This document shows positions 38,296 to 52,140 of a stretch of DNA of 64,000 bases, piece after piece (positions within the stretch are counted from its first letter, which is position 1; each line of letters opens with the position of its first letter). Source of the stretch: Mobula hypostoma (Eukaryota). The DNA is taken from assembly GCF_963921235.1 (NCBI RefSeq), contig NC_086097.1, forward strand, positions 170,626,001 through 170,690,000, read 5' to 3'. The notes beneath the pieces are model-generated. The model had not been told where the DNA came from, made no database searches, and saw nothing but the letters and a program-made list of their open reading frames with translations. The position numbers were made by a program, and so were the translations under genes.

Positions 38296-39219
38296 GTAGT
38301 GGCTGCCCTTGCACCTGGTGGCAAGTGCTTTCAAGCTTTTGTGTCTTCCTGATGGCAGAGGAGAGAAAAGAGAATATCCAGGGTGAATGGGATTAATGAA
38401 GATGACAAAATGTCCGGCAAGGATATGATGGGCTGAAGGGCCTGTTTCTGTACTGTATGACTCTCAGACTCTATGACTCTGAAACTGAAGTTTGAGGAAA
38501 TTGCTCTGATTACCAGGCACTTGATCATATTCTCATGTAGAGTATCTGCTGTGCTGCTACTTGCCAATGTACATACATAAATAATAGAGACCCAGCACCA
38601 TGGCAGGTCAGGGCCTCTCCATTACAGAGGATTTAATTTAAAATCTGTCTGTGAAATGCCCTCACTATAATTAAAATGAAGAACAACATGTGGCCTGTTT
38701 GTAGGGTTGACTCAAAGTCATGACTGCGGGGAGTGTTGGGGTGAATAGCATTAATAAAGCTTAAAGAAAAACACATAAAGAATATACCTGTAGAAAGAAA
38801 CACTGATGAGTTAATGGAGGAAGGAAATTTCATGCAGAGCTAACAGTGATCAGTTGGGCTGATTAGACTGCTTCAGTGATTCTGTTCCAGGATAAATTTT
38901 TGTATGTCCTGAAGGAGTGGAGCTTCTTGTCTCCTGTTATGTACCATCAATAGTTCCTCTAATCCTTGAGCTAAGGCTTTAACTGAGACTCTCAGCATCA
39001 ATGTTTAACTCCCTTGCAGTCCAGGGGTGTGGAAGTAAAAATCCATGCTCTGGTATTATCAGACAAGGAGAACTTTTCTCAGTGTCCTGGCTTCAAAATA
39101 GTACTTCTCCGATGTTACTTGCTGGTCATCATTTCACTCTGTGCTGATTGGTTGTTGAGATTCTAGCACTCACAGCAATTAGTGCACTACGAATGCACTC
39201 TGAAATGTTTCTGATATGT

Positions 39220-42200
39220 CTACCTTCTTTCTGAGTGGTGGCTTCTCCTTTATCAGTGGCAACAAAGGCCTTGCCTGTAGCTCATCCATTTCTCATGCCT
39301 CCCTCTCTGCTCCAGAACAGAACAAGAACAGAGCTCCCCATAGTTCCCATCTACCGCCTGACTAGACTCTGCATTCAGCCGTTCATGCCCCGCAGTTTCA
39401 ACATCTTCAAAGAGGTTCCAGCATCAGTCATGTCTTTCTCTCTACTCTCCTTCCAGAATTTCACTGAGTCATACAGCACGAAAGCAGGCTCTTCAGCCCA
39501 ACTGGTCTATGCTGTGATATCCATCTAAGGCTAGTCCAATTTGAGTACAATTCCTCTGAATCGTTCCTATCCGCATACTTGTCCAAATGTCTTTTAAATG
39601 TCATTGTAACTGCCTTAAATACTTCTAGCAGCTTGATCCATATATCAAGCTATAAATCCTGTCCATCCCAGGGTTCTGAAAGAGAAGGCTGAAGAGACAG
39701 TGAAGGCATTAATAATGATCTTTCAAGAATCACTAGGCTCTGGAATAGTTCTGGAAGACTGGAAAATTGCAAATGTCACTCCTCTCTAAAAAGGGAGCGA
39801 GGCAGAGGAAAGGAAATTATAGAGTAGTTAGTCTGATCTCAGTGGTTGAAGATGTTGGAGCCGAGTGTTCAGGATTGGTTTCGGGGTACTTGGAGGCACA
39901 TGATAAAATGGGCCATAATCAGCATGGTTTCCTCAAGGGAAAATTTTGTCTGACAAAATTGTTGGAATTCTTTGAAGAAATAGCAAGCAGGATAGACAAA
40001 GGAGAGTCAGTTGATGTTGTGTGCTTGGATTTTCAGAAGGTCTTTGACAAGGTGCCAAACATGAGGATGCCTATCAAGTTACAAGCCCATGGTATTACGG
40101 GAAAGATTCTAACATGGATAAAGCAGTAGCTGATTGGCAGGAGGCAAAAACTGGGGATAAAGGGAGCCATTTATGGTTGGCTGACAGTGACTAGTGGTGT
40201 TCCACAGGGTCTGTGCTGGGACCAATTCTTTTTATGTTACATGTCAATGATTTGGATGATGGAACTGATGGCTTGGTTGCAAAGTTTGCAGATGATATGA
40301 AGCTAGATGGAGGGATGAAGAAGGAGAGAGGGTAAAGAAAGACTTAGATTAGGAGAATGGACAAAGAAATGGCAGATGGAATACAATGTCGGGAAGTGTA
40401 TGGTCATGCACTTTGGTAGAAGAAATGAAAGGGCTGACTATTTTTTAATTGGAGAGAAAACACAAAAAACTGGGCACAAAGAGTTGAGAGTCCTTGTGCA
40501 GGATTCCCTAAAGGTTAATTTGCAGATTGAGTCTGTGGTGAGGAAGGCAAATGCGGTGTTAACATTCATTTCGACAGGACTAGAATATAAAAGCAAGGAT
40601 GTAATGTTGAAACTTTATAAGGCACTGGTGAGGCCTTACTTGGAGTATTGTGAGCAGTTATGGGTCCCTTATCTGAGAAATGATGAAACTGAAGAGAGTT
40701 CAAAAGAGGTTCATGACAATGATTCCAAGATTGAACGGCTTGAATTATGAAGAGCATTTGATGGCTCTGGGCCTGTATTCACTAAAATTCAGAAGAATAA
40801 AAGGTGACCTAATTGATACCTATCAAATGGTGAAAGGCCCTGATCGAGTGGATGTGGAGAGGATGTTTTCTATGTTGGGAAAGTCAGATCAGAGGACACA
40901 CCTCAGAAGGCTTCATTTCAGAATGGAGATGAGGAGGAATTTCTTCAGTTAGAGAGTGGTGAATCTGTGGAATTTTTTGTCACGGTCAGCTGAGGAAGCC
41001 AAGTCTTTATACTTAAGGCAGAGGTTGATAGATTCTTGATTGGTGAGGGTATGAAGGAATATGGGGAGAAAGTAGGAGATTGAGGCTGTGCAGAAAAATG
41101 GATCAGTCATTATGCAATGGTGAAACAGACTCGATGGGCCAACTTGCCCATTTCTGCTCCTATATCTTACGATCTTATATCCACCACCTTCAGTGTGAAA
41201 AAGTTATCTCTTAGGTCCTTTTTAAATATTTCTCATCTCACCTTACATCCATGCCCTCTAGTTCTTGACTCCCATTCCCTGGGAATCAGACTGAGTGCAT
41301 TCAACCTACCTATGCCCCCCTTGATTTTATACACCTCAGTAAGGTCACCCCTCAGACTCCCATAATCCAAGGAATCAAGTTCTACTGGGACTCTTCCCTT
41401 TGTGATTCCTTGATTCAATCTTCCATCTCCATTTCTTATGACCTTTCCTACCTTAGGTACTTCAAGACTTATCCCTTTGTCTTCTCTTCTCCCACTGTCT
41501 GTGGGGGCCCAGAGTCTTTGCAGGTGAAGCAGCAACCCCCTTGCACTTCTTCCAAACCAGCAAACTGCATTTGGTGTTCAGAAAGTGGTCTCCCCTAAGT
41601 TGGAGGATACAAGCATAGACTGGGCTTGCAGAGTACATGCTCAGTTTGTAGGAGTGTCCCCGAGATTCCTGTTTCTTGCCTCTTGAATTCTTCATCCCAT
41701 TCCCATTGTGACTTATTGGTCTGTGACTTTCTTCACTGTTACAATGGGCCCAATGCAGGCTTGTGGAACAACATCGCATCTTCTGGCTGAGCATGGTGAA
41801 ACCTTTGGCACTCAATATCCAATTCTCCAACTCTTTCATTTTTTTTGTCTGTATCAGTCACCCATCTGCGATATTAGCTCAATGTGTTTAATTTTATTTT
41901 GTTTTTCTTTCTCATTTCCCTCTGGAAGTGGAGGACATGCACACCCTGACCTGCTGGGCCGATCCTCCTGCTCTGCATTTTGCAGCTTCCACATTCATTT
42001 GCCTATGTTCTCTCGCTCTATCCATTCTCATCCGCTCATTGAACAGACAACCTCATTTTCAGTTTCAGTTTATTCCATTGGTCACTCTGGCTACACCCTA
42101 TCAGAGACTCCCCTTGTCCACCCCTCCCAACACCTTCCTGCAGCTGAATGAGCTTTTGTCTCCTTCCTTGTTCTGACAATGATGTGAAGCACTAACTCTG

Positions 42201-42250
42201 TTTCTCTTTCCACAGACGTGCCTGACCTGCTGACGGTTTCCATACCACAA
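39220..42250 (+). mobile_element. Old PLE split by a minus-strand CR1 (about 39460-39650 and 41175-41390), itself split by a plus-strand CR1
   Basis: PLE pieces (QNRTR..LP..PIYR.T.L.IQ; GP.ESLQVKQ..PCTSS....CIWCSESGL) flank the CR1 pieces. Confidence 0.6.
39655..41175 (+). mobile_element. CR1 LINE ORF2/RT remnant with 3' UTR
   Basis: NYRVVSLIS, NQHGFLKGKFCLTKLLEFFEE, LDFQKVFDKVP, FADD, LYKALVRPYLEYC. Confidence 0.9.
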
Positions 42251-42869
42251 CCATCGTCCTTTTGTAAAGTCCTACAGTCTCCTGATGTTCTGAAAGGTGC
42301 TATACAAATACACATGCTGTATATGTTGGTCACCTGGTCAGATTCTCAATGTGTGCTGGTAAGATGTTCATTTTTTTTTCATTTAAAATGAGTTTCAGGT
42401 TTATTGTCTCGGCCTTTTGTTGTGAAGTTTGTCATTTTGTGGTAGCAATACAGTGCAAGACATAAAGTAATTGCTTTAAGTTCCAAGAAACTTTTTTAAA
42501 CAGTACTAAAGAGGAATAGCAAATTGCATTCAGAAATATCACAGCAGATGGAAAAAAGCTGTTCGTAAAATGTTGAGTGTGGTTCTTCAAGCTCCTGAAC
42601 TTTCTCCCTCATGGTAGTAATGAGAAGAGAACATCTCCTGGGTGCTGCGAGCCCTTAAAGATGGATGCCACCTTCTTGAGGCATGACCTTTTGTTGTTAC
42701 AGCTAAGCTGTGATAACTTAAGAGTCATGTTTACTTATTGACCATAGAGGCAGCTTTGTTTGCAGAGTGACATTTTCAACACTTATTTGAAATCAAGGTT
42801 CTACTGAGCATACACGGGCCAGGAACACGTCAAAACAGGTTGCATCCAGAGAGTAGATACAAAGGACAG

Positions 42870-43170
42870 TAGTTCCTAGAATCTGAAGTGAAAAATAAGC
42901 TGCTGGAGGAACTCAGCAGTGAGGCAGTTCCTGTGGGGGCAAATGGACAGTCCATGCTTTGGTTTGAGACCTATCGTCAAGGCTGAAAGAAGAGTGGGGA
43001 GGTAGCCGCTCTCCCATCTCTATTTGCCTATCACCCCCGTCACCTCTTTATTCTGGATATCTTTCCATTAGTCTTGAAAACCACATGAAAGTTCAAATCC
43101 AGAGATTTTGACTGTCAATTTCCTTCTGCAGATGCTGCCTGACCCTCGGAATTCCTTCAACGTCTTTCAT
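42870..43170. mobile_element. Short inverted pair of PLE 3' ends
   Basis: GCTGGAGGAACTCAGC... on the left and ...GATGCTGCCTGACCC...TTCCTTCA on the right, each with a decayed hammerhead region. Confidence 0.6.
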
Positions 43171-45342
43171 TTTGCCCAGCCAAAGAGTGACAATCTGCTT
43201 CTGCTAAAGCCCGAAGGCTCCAAAGGGCTTTACCTAGAGGACCTTCATATTTTTCCACTGTTATTCTTCATCTCCACACTCCCTCCCCACTACGAATACC
43301 CTCAGCATTCCTTGAACATCCCACCCTCCCGTCAAAAATCACGATAGCCTTACCGGCACAGCGGAGGCACTTTGGTCCATCATGTCTATGCTTGCTCTGG
43401 TATCTTGCCCTATCTATTCTATGGTTCAACAATCAGTCCTCTGGAGAAACTCAATGGCTTTCTATAGGGGAAAAGGACTGTCGAAGGTTTGGATTGAAAT
43501 GTTGCATTATGACTATGCCAATTGTTTGTTGCTCCAAATTCCAACCCCTGTGTCTCCTATAAATTCTATTCTTTTCCTTGTTCTCCTCATCTATACTGAT
43601 TTTCTCTCTCATTATCCATCCCATTCTCTTTCGAAAGCCCGGATGACCACTATATCCACCATTCTATAGGGAGTGAATTCCTGCTCTCTATGTGGAAGAC
43701 TTCTTTTTTCACATCGCCCTTTTACCTTTTCATCTTCAAGTTAAATCATAATATTAATCTATTAAAATTAAAATATTATTTTTAAGATTAGCCACAGGTT
43801 TCCTCAGTCTGTTGGGTCTGAAAAATTCAAGAACCTGTGCACCTCTATCACATCTGGTTGACCAGAAATAGGAAGAATTTCATTAAGTTGGAAAAGGAGC
43901 AGAAAAGATTCACAAGGGCGTTGCTTGGACTGGAAGGCCTAAATTACAGGAAGAGGGGTGACATTAGAGTGGTTTTAAAATCATGAAGGTATTGATAAGG
44001 TAGACAGCACAGGGTGGGAAAATCTAAGACTAAAGAGTATGTGTTTAAGATCAGAGAGGAAATATTTAAAGGTTGAATATTTAAATGTTATAAAAGAAAG
44101 ATTGTAATAGTAATTGGTACACATAATTGTCACAAGTACTGAGATGCATTGAAAAGCTGTTGTTTGCGTGCTATCGGACAGATTATGTCTGAGGGGTAAG
44201 TTTATCACACCGAGGGTGGTGAATTTATAGAATTAGCTGCCAGAGGAGCTGGTAGAAACAGGTAGAATTACAAAATTTAAAATACATTTTGACCACTACA
44301 TTGATAGGAAATGTTTCGGAATATGAGCCAAATGCAGGCAAATTGCATTAGCTAAGATAGGTAAGTTGGTTGGCACAGTTGAGATGGGCTGAATGGGTTG
44401 TTTACATGCTGTGTAACTCCATGACTCTATGAGTTAACAGGCCAGGTAACATCCTTGGAAAGAAAAAACAGAATTAATGACCTCACATCTTAACAATGTG
44501 AGAAGTGATTGTATGAAATTGTTGAATTTAGTGTTGAGGTTATGAGCTTGTTTTCTCAAAGGAGGACAATTTCATCTTCAGTCTAATCCTGAAGCTGAAA
44601 TCCTTCCACTGTTCACCATTCTTGTACAATGTTCCTCAAACCTACCTCTTTGATTGGGCTTCTGTTCATCTGTCCTAATGTACCACCTCATTGGTTCAAT
44701 GTCAAAGTTTGTTTCATTATGCTCCTGTGAAGTACCATGGGATATTTCACTGGGTTAAGGGTAATACATAATGCAATTTGCAGTGTGTCTAATCTTAACA
44801 ACTCCATTTGCAGGTTGTGTTGAAATTCACAGATTTTAGAGCTCTTTTAATCACAAGTGGCTGATGTTCTCTTCAAAGCTAATATAGTTGCAAACCTATA
44901 TGATTTGCTGAAAAACTGATATCTTAGTCCCTGGAAATTTGCACTCTGTGTTTCCTTCAGTTGCATTCAGTCTGTTAGACTAGCAATATTCTTCTTTCCT
45001 GTGAAAATGAGCAAAGTGCAAGGTGCTGGCTATGTCTTTTTGCCCACCATTGCAATTCCTTTGTTGGGAGGTTTCAGCTTGATCACCCACTGTGCATGTA
45101 ATCCAGGCTGACTCAATGAGTGCTGCTCTGTCTGAGTTGCAGATTTTCGGAGAAGTATTAAACTGTCTTCTCCAGTGAACAAGTTAAGAACATTACAGGA
45201 TTCATGAAGGAAGCCTTTCACCAATGAGCTTCCATACCTCAGCAGCCAGAATCCCGGCATCTGAGAGCTCTTTCTGGAAGTATGATGCTGTCCGTTTAAA
45301 ACATAGAGCAGTACTGCACAGACATACTGTAAACCCTTCAGC

Positions 45343-46149
45343 CAATGTTCCCTCGAATTTGTAATGACCAGTGTGTGCAAAAATCTTGTGCTGTACAATT
45401 TTTTGCCCAATGACAACAATGTGTGCGCTGAATTTTATATATAGAGGTATTCATTTTAACAGCGAGCAAAACACTGTCAATAAGAACTTTGATCTCCTCT
45501 GGCTTTGATTGCTTTCACTCTCGTTCATCTGCACTCTCATAAAACATAAGTAGCGGGCCTATAGTGGGTAATGAAGGATTTTCTCACTGGAGCTTTTGCA
45601 CACCGTCTATTTGTGATTTGCTTGCTAAATGACACATCAAAAAGTCAAGTTTCCAAATATCACTGCACTTCTTCCCACTTGTAAATTCTCCAACAACTTT
45701 TGCATCATGACAATACACACAGGTAACACCAGTTTCTGTATTGTACATAAATATTTCTCATTGTTGCACATTTCTGACCTCATGAGCTTTCAGTATAGCA
45801 TTTACTACTGTTTCAGTAAGCCATTCTGCTTTAAATAAACTAGCAGTTCTTTTGCACTTCACGCCCTTTGCTTCTTTGGAATTCGACATAGTGAATCAAT
45901 AATTTCTTCAGTAAAAACAGTATAAATAAGCCAGTTCTAAAATCTACAGACACGTCATCGCAAATGCCACAGTGTCAACACCGTCCGCATCAAAACCAGA
46001 AAAGGAAGTGTATGATTGTAAAATATATTTCACATGCCAACAAGGTAGAGGGTGACAACCTTCTGTGCACAGTTTAAATTCCTTTGTGCACAAGTAGCAA
46101 AAGATGTGTGCACGCACGCATGCATGTGCACATCTTAGAGAGAACATTG
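45343..46149 (-). mobile_element. Non-autonomous hAT (Tip100-like) element
   Basis: TIR CAATGTTCCCTC / GAGAGAACATTG. 8-bp TSD CCTTCAGC (45335-45342) / CCTTCAAC (46150-46157). Minus-strand remnant TCVYCHDAKVVGEFTSGKK...WKLDFLMCHLASKS. Confidence 0.82.
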
Positions 46150-46159
46150 CCTTCAACTC

Positions 46160-47915
46160 ACAATGTCCTACAGAATCAATTAAATGCTTAACTAATCTCT
46201 CCTGCTTATAAAATGTCCATATCCCTCCATTCTCTGCACATTCATAGAACATAGAATAGTGCAGCACAGGAACAAGCCCTTCGAGCCACAAAGTGCCGAA
46301 TGATCTAAATAAATAACTAAAGAATCAAATCCCTTCTGCCTGCACAATAAATCCTTCTATTTCCCTCATGATCATGTGCCTAACTAAATGTCTCTTAAAA
46401 ATCCTTAATGTAGCTACCTCTATCACTGCCCTAAGTAATGCATTCCAGGTACCACCACTCTCTGTATAAAAAACTTGCCGCTTATATCTCCTTTGAACTT
46501 ACCCCCTCTCATTTCAAATCAGGCCCTCTGGTATTAGACATTTCAACCCTGGGAAAAAGATACTGCCTGTCTATTCTATCTATGCCTCTTGTAATCTTAC
46601 AAACCTCCCCTCAGCCTCTGTGACTCCAGAGAAAACAATGCAAGTTTTTCCATACTCACATTATAGCACATACTCTCTAATCCAGGCAGTATCCTGCTAA
46701 AACTATTCTGCACCCTCTCCGAAGCCTTAACATCCTTCCTGTGATGGGGTGACCAGAACTGTATGCAATACTCCAGATGCGGCCTAACTAGAGTTTTATA
46801 AAGCTGCAACATAACTTTCTGACTTTTGAACTCAGTGCCTCGACTAATAAAGACAAGCACGCCATATGCTTTTTTAACTACCCTATCAATCTATGTAGCC
46901 ACTTTCAGGGTGCTATGAACTTGGACCCTAAGATCCTTCTGTCTCTTTCCACTTGAAGAACCAAAATGCAACACTTCACATTTGGCCTGGTTAAGCCCCA
47001 TCTGCCAATTCTACACCCTTATCTGTAACTAATATATATCTACCGTATTCTTTGCCGGTCTTCTGTGCGACCCATAACACCAATAATCTTTGTATCATCT
47101 GCAAACTTACAAATTCACCCATCTACATTACCATCCAGGTCACTTATATACACCACAAGCAGCAGAGGTCCCAGTACAGATCTTTGCAGAACACCACTAA
47201 TCACAGACCTTTACCTAAAATACTTCCCTTTGACCACTTTTCTCTGTCTTCTATGGGCAAGCCAGTTCTGAATCCAAATGGCCAATTCACCATGAATCAC
47301 ATGCATCTTAATCTTTTGGATGAGCCTCCCAAAAGGGAGCTTGTCAAGTGCCTTACTAAAATCCATATAAATACTATCCACAGCTCTACCTTCATCAATC
47401 ATCCTCAAAAAAACTTAAGCATTTTAGTAAGACATGAATACCCCCATACAAAGCCATGCTGGTTCTCGTTGCCAAGTCACTGGGTATATTTAAGGCATAG
47501 ATTGATGGGTTCCTGATTAGCCAGGACATCAAAGGGTATGGGGTGAAAGCAGTGGAGTGGGGATGACTGGAAGAATTGGATCAGCCCATGATTGAATGGC
47601 AGACTCGATGGGCCGAATGGCCTACTTCTGCTCCTATATCTTATGGTCTAATCAGGCCATGGTTCTCCAAATGTTCATAAATCCTATCCCTAAGAAAGGA
47701 CGTCTATGTGACTATCTGATAGCCTCTCAGATGCCTCTGTCAATTCTATGTCCACCCTGCCTCTGGTAGCACACACCACTCTGTGTGAAAATCTTGCCCT
47801 GTACAAACTCCTTTGAACCTTCCTCTTCTCACCTTAACTGATGCCCTCTGTTATTAGACATTTCAATCTAATGTCTGACTGGAAAAAGATAATGAATGTC
47901 TACTGTGTCTATAGA
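46160..47915 (-). mobile_element. Nested CR1 fragments (mostly minus, with a plus-strand 3' end at about 47470-47650)
   Basis: LYKTLVRPHLEYCIQFWSP and YMDFSKALDK...WIQNWLAHRRQR. Confidence 0.8.
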
Positions 47916-48299
47916 TACTAATGAACCTGAGCTTTCCAGCAATACAAGAAAAATGCAGGAATAACTTCAGCCACTGGAGATGGCCTTTATAACCTCACTA
48001 AAATCTTTGTCTCCATCATTTGGGGTGGACTGTAGGACACTCCCCAAAGATGTGGCTACTCAAAGAAATGCACATTAATGTTTCACTTGCGTCATGACAG
48101 CACACAAACTATGATCCCCACTGAAGGGTCATCAGCAAAGCCAACTAAATGCTTTGGGAACTCACTGGGTTGAGCAACATCTGTGAGTTGTCAATGTTTT
48201 GGATTGTGTCACGACTGAAAGTGGAGGAGAGATGGCCAGTAGAAAGAGGAGTGGGGGAGCAGTGATACAGGATCTAGGACAGAATTAGTCTCATTGAAG

Positions 48300-48640
48300 A
48301 CCAGCACCAAATTAGGCAGTATCATTGCCTTGACACTTTGCTCAGTCTTTCTCACTGCAGTGTAGTACCTCAGCTCTCTCTGTGCAGTCTGCATGCTCTC
48401 CAGATAACCATGTGGGGTTCCCTGGGAGTTCCAGCTTTCTCTCATATCCCAATAACTTGTGGCTTGGTAGACTAATGGTCCAGCATAAATTTCCCCTGGT
48501 GTGAAGCTGAATGGCAGCATGTGGGGGAGATAATGGGAATATAAGGGCCATAGAGTGGGATAGTATGTCAGTACCTGCAGATTTACAGAGACTTGATAGA
48601 TCGAAGGGCCTTTTTCTATGCTATATGGGTCTATGGCCCT
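48300..48640 (+). mobile_element. V-SINE (HE1-like), degenerate
   Basis: Body ATGTGGGGTTCCCTGGGAGTTCCAGCTTTC and tail CGAAGGGCCTTTTTCTATGCT match the other copies. Confidence 0.55.
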
Positions 48641-48729
48641 AAGACTACACTGACGAAGAGTGAAGTAGCTTTCTCTGGTATGCTGTTAATTTTTGTCCCT
48701 CTATTGACATCATTGCATATGGTAACAGT

Positions 48730-49690
48730 CACACTGGAGACACAAGAGACTGCAGATGCTGGACTAGAGAGCAAGGAGTAAACTGCTAGAGGAACTTACT
48801 GGATCAGACAGCATCCGTGTAGAATAGGCATTTGATGTACAGGGCTGAGACCCGTTTCATATGAAAGATAGAGTGGGAGGGACGGAGCACGAGCTGGCAA
48901 ACAATAGGAGGATCAAGTGGGAGGGGATAAGCAGATGAAGGTGGGAAGAGTGAAAATAATGACAGAGGCTGGAGGTGATAGCAGGCAACAAAGAGCTGAA
49001 GATGGTGGAGTCTGATAGGAGAGGAACGTGGAGCATAGAACCAAATAAGAAAAGTGGAGAAGGCAAATGGGAAGGGGATCCAGTGGAGGAGTGTTGTGCA
49101 TTTTGGGCAGCTGGAGAGGGCAGAAGAAGGGAAAGAGACAGGCGGATCAGGAGGAGAGAGAAAAGGACTGACGGGAAACAGGTTACCTGAAACTGCAAAA
49201 CTCAGTGTACATGCCATGCCTGGTATAGAGTACCAGGTGGAACACAAGGTGCAGTCTATTATTTTATCTGTCTTACTTTGGCACAGAATCCTATTTCTGT
49301 TGTGTTCCTAATCATCACCATCCTGCATCTGTCTACACACTCACCTGTCCCAACCCTCACCTCACTCCACCTGCCATTTCTTTTCTCTGCATCCATCCAT
49401 CACCTCATTCCACCTCTCCCTCCCCTACCTGGCTCCACCTCTCTCTGTCCACCAGCCACCTATATCTCACCTCTCCATCTCCTCACTGTACTGGCTGTCA
49501 GCACTCCCCTCCTCAAGTTCAAATTCAAGTTTAATTGCTATTCAACCATACATGAATACCCATGAATACTTAGTCCTGATGTTGGGTTTTCACCCAAAAC
49601 ATCAAGCTATCCTCCCCCCCACAGATGCTATTTGACCCACTGAATTCCCTTAGCAGGTTGACTGTTGCATCTGCAGCCGCTTTTAGCATA
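48730..49690. mobile_element. Old inverted pair of PLE 3' ends
   Basis: The left arm starts ACAAGAGACTGCAGATGCTGG and is purine-rich. The right arm is pyrimidine-rich with AGTCCTGATG...CCCAAAACATC at about 49572. Confidence 0.65.
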
Positions 49691-50464
49691 GAATCTGCAT
49701 CTCAAATTGTTCATTAGATACGATAGGCACTATATCAACAGAAAAGTGACTGCTTACTAATAAACAAGTAGTAAAATATGTGCTTGAAAGGAAGGTGAAG
49801 AAGGGCACTATCTTGTAAAAGGTTTTGCGGCATCTGGAACACTTTCACCTTATTGTTTCCATGCACTGCACTTTCTCTGCAGCTCTTACACTTTATTCTG
49901 CATTGCGATTGTTTTATCTTGTTTTATCACAATGCACTGTGTAATGATGAACAGTATGCAAGACAAGCTTTTCAATGTATCTCGTTACATGTGACAATAA
50001 TAAAACAATTCCAATTCCAATAGTAATGTACCTTAATCCTCTTCCCAAATTTGGAAAACAGAAAACAAGCAATATCTGGGAAATTTGAGATTAAAATACC
50101 CTAAACTGGATATTTATACAATATACGTTGAAGTATGTCCCATGAAATATGAATACATTTATCAACCATTATAGAATCTAAGAAAATTGATTTTTGTTTT
50201 GTTTTGCTTCACATATCATTCGTGGTAAAGTCAATTTTCATTTCTTTTCGATCTGACCAAGGTAACTGAAGAGTCTTTTGTTGTATTTAGTTGAATGTGC
50301 ATTTTTAACTATTTTCTGTGGTAACATTATGCTTTTGACGACTTTAGATGGCAGTGCTTCGGGTACCTTGGAGATATAATTGTGCTCTCTGTCATTGGTG
50401 ACAGTGTGTCCCTGACCAGATTCATTAAAGCCAGTAACTGCTTTATGCACTATTGGCTCTTCAT

Positions 50465-52140
50465 TAGGGAGGAGAGAGGTGAGGGGAGCAGAAGTGGCAA
50501 AACGGGAGGAGGTGTAAAGGAGGAAAGGGAAGAAGAGGAGGGAGGGGTGAATGAGGGTAGGAGGATGGGGACAGGAGGATACAAAGATGGAGAAAGAGGG
50601 GGAGGAACAAAAGGAGGGAGAAAGAATAAGAAGAAGGAAAGGGTTGGAAAAAAGTGCAGATGGAGTCACAAAAGACTGCAGATGCTGGAATATGGAGCAA
50701 GAAACAAACTGCTGGAGGAACTCAGCAGGTTGGGTAGCATTTGTGGAGGGAAATGAGCAGTCAGCATTTCAAATCTAGTCAAGTAAAGTCAAGTTTATTG
50801 TCATTTAACTAAATACATGTGTATATAATGTATATAACAATATAATATATATAGAAATGAGGCAAAGGTTCTCTGAAGCAGGGTGCAAAACACAGTATAC
50901 ACATAACACATCACACAATATAACTTATGAAGGTGAGGATAAAATCTACAGATGAAACACACATAATAACAAACTAAAGTGCATTCATATTAAATATTGC
51001 ACTGGAACAGATTAATCAGTGAGTTCCTTCATTTTTACTGAAGGGGTAGGCAGTATAAAGAATTGAGGACAAGTGGTGGGGAGAAATCTGGCGAGTGAAG
51101 GGTCGATCCAGGTGAGGAGGGGTAATAGAGGGAGGAGGAAAGAGAGAGAAGCTGAAGGTGAGGGGTGGAGGTGACAAAGAACTGCCAAAGGTGGAATCTG
51201 ATAGGAGAGGAAGGTGGAGCATGGAGAAGTGAGGGATGATGGGGACAGTGGGGGAAGGGACCCAGTGTGTGGGTGATGACTAGATGGAATTGGTGCAGGC
51301 GGGGAATGAAACAGGATGATGGGAGGATGAGGTGAGTGTTGGGTGGGTGCAGGAGGAACTGGGTTAGCCAAGAAGAGAGAGAAGGGACGGCAGAGGTGAG
51401 GGGAAGCAGGTCACCTTGATAGGGATTAGTGGAGAGTCAGAGTATTAGGAGGAAGGGAGTTGAGGAGAATGAGATAAGGAGGAGGGAAAGCTGTGAGGCA
51501 GGTGAATAAGGAGGGTAGGAACTGGAGAGAGTGCGGACAAAGTGAGAATGGGGAGGAGGGGAAGTGAGGAGAGAGAAGAAAGGACATAAAGTAGCAGAGG
51601 AAACTTCAGAAGGGAGGGGGTAGGAGGGAAAAATGGGAGCAAGGAGGTCTATGGGGAAGGAAAGAAGTAGAGGCAGAAGAATGAAAAAGGAGAAGAAAGA
51701 TGGAGGGGAAGATTGAATGCAAAGAATTAGCGGCACATAAAGCACTTTAGGACCTTAGCGAGTCGGGCAGCATCGATGGAGGGCGCTGAACAGCTCGTAG
51801 TTTGGGCTGAGATCATTCACTAGGACTGGAAGGAAAGAGGAGAGATAGCCAGTATGAGAAGTTGGGATGGGTGAGTGAGGTGGAGCAAGGATTGGCAGGT
51901 GATAGGTGGACCAGTGGATATCACAGAGGGGCACCAATGAGGGATGGTCTCAGAGAAATCCTGGGATATCATTCGCCAGCTCTTCTCCAACCCTCTCCTC
52001 TCCTTTTTATACTAGCTAGCTCCCCTCTTTCTTTCCAGTCCTGATGAAACATCTACTGTCCATAGATATTGCTTGACTTGCTGAGTTCCTCCAGCATTTC
52101 ATGTGTGCTGCAAAGTTCCAACTTCAGCAGTCTCTCTTGA
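50465..52140. mobile_element. PLE 3'-end remnants and long purine-rich low-complexity tracts
   Basis: ACTGCAGATGCTGG...GCTGGAGGAACTCAGCAGG at about 50675 and its inverse at 52060-52135, with GA-rich tracts between. Confidence 0.6.

Noticed and set aside
50238..51745. Pro/Ser/Leu- or Gly/Glu-rich ORFs
   Set aside because: Artefacts of purine/pyrimidine-biased low-complexity and PLE UTR sequence.
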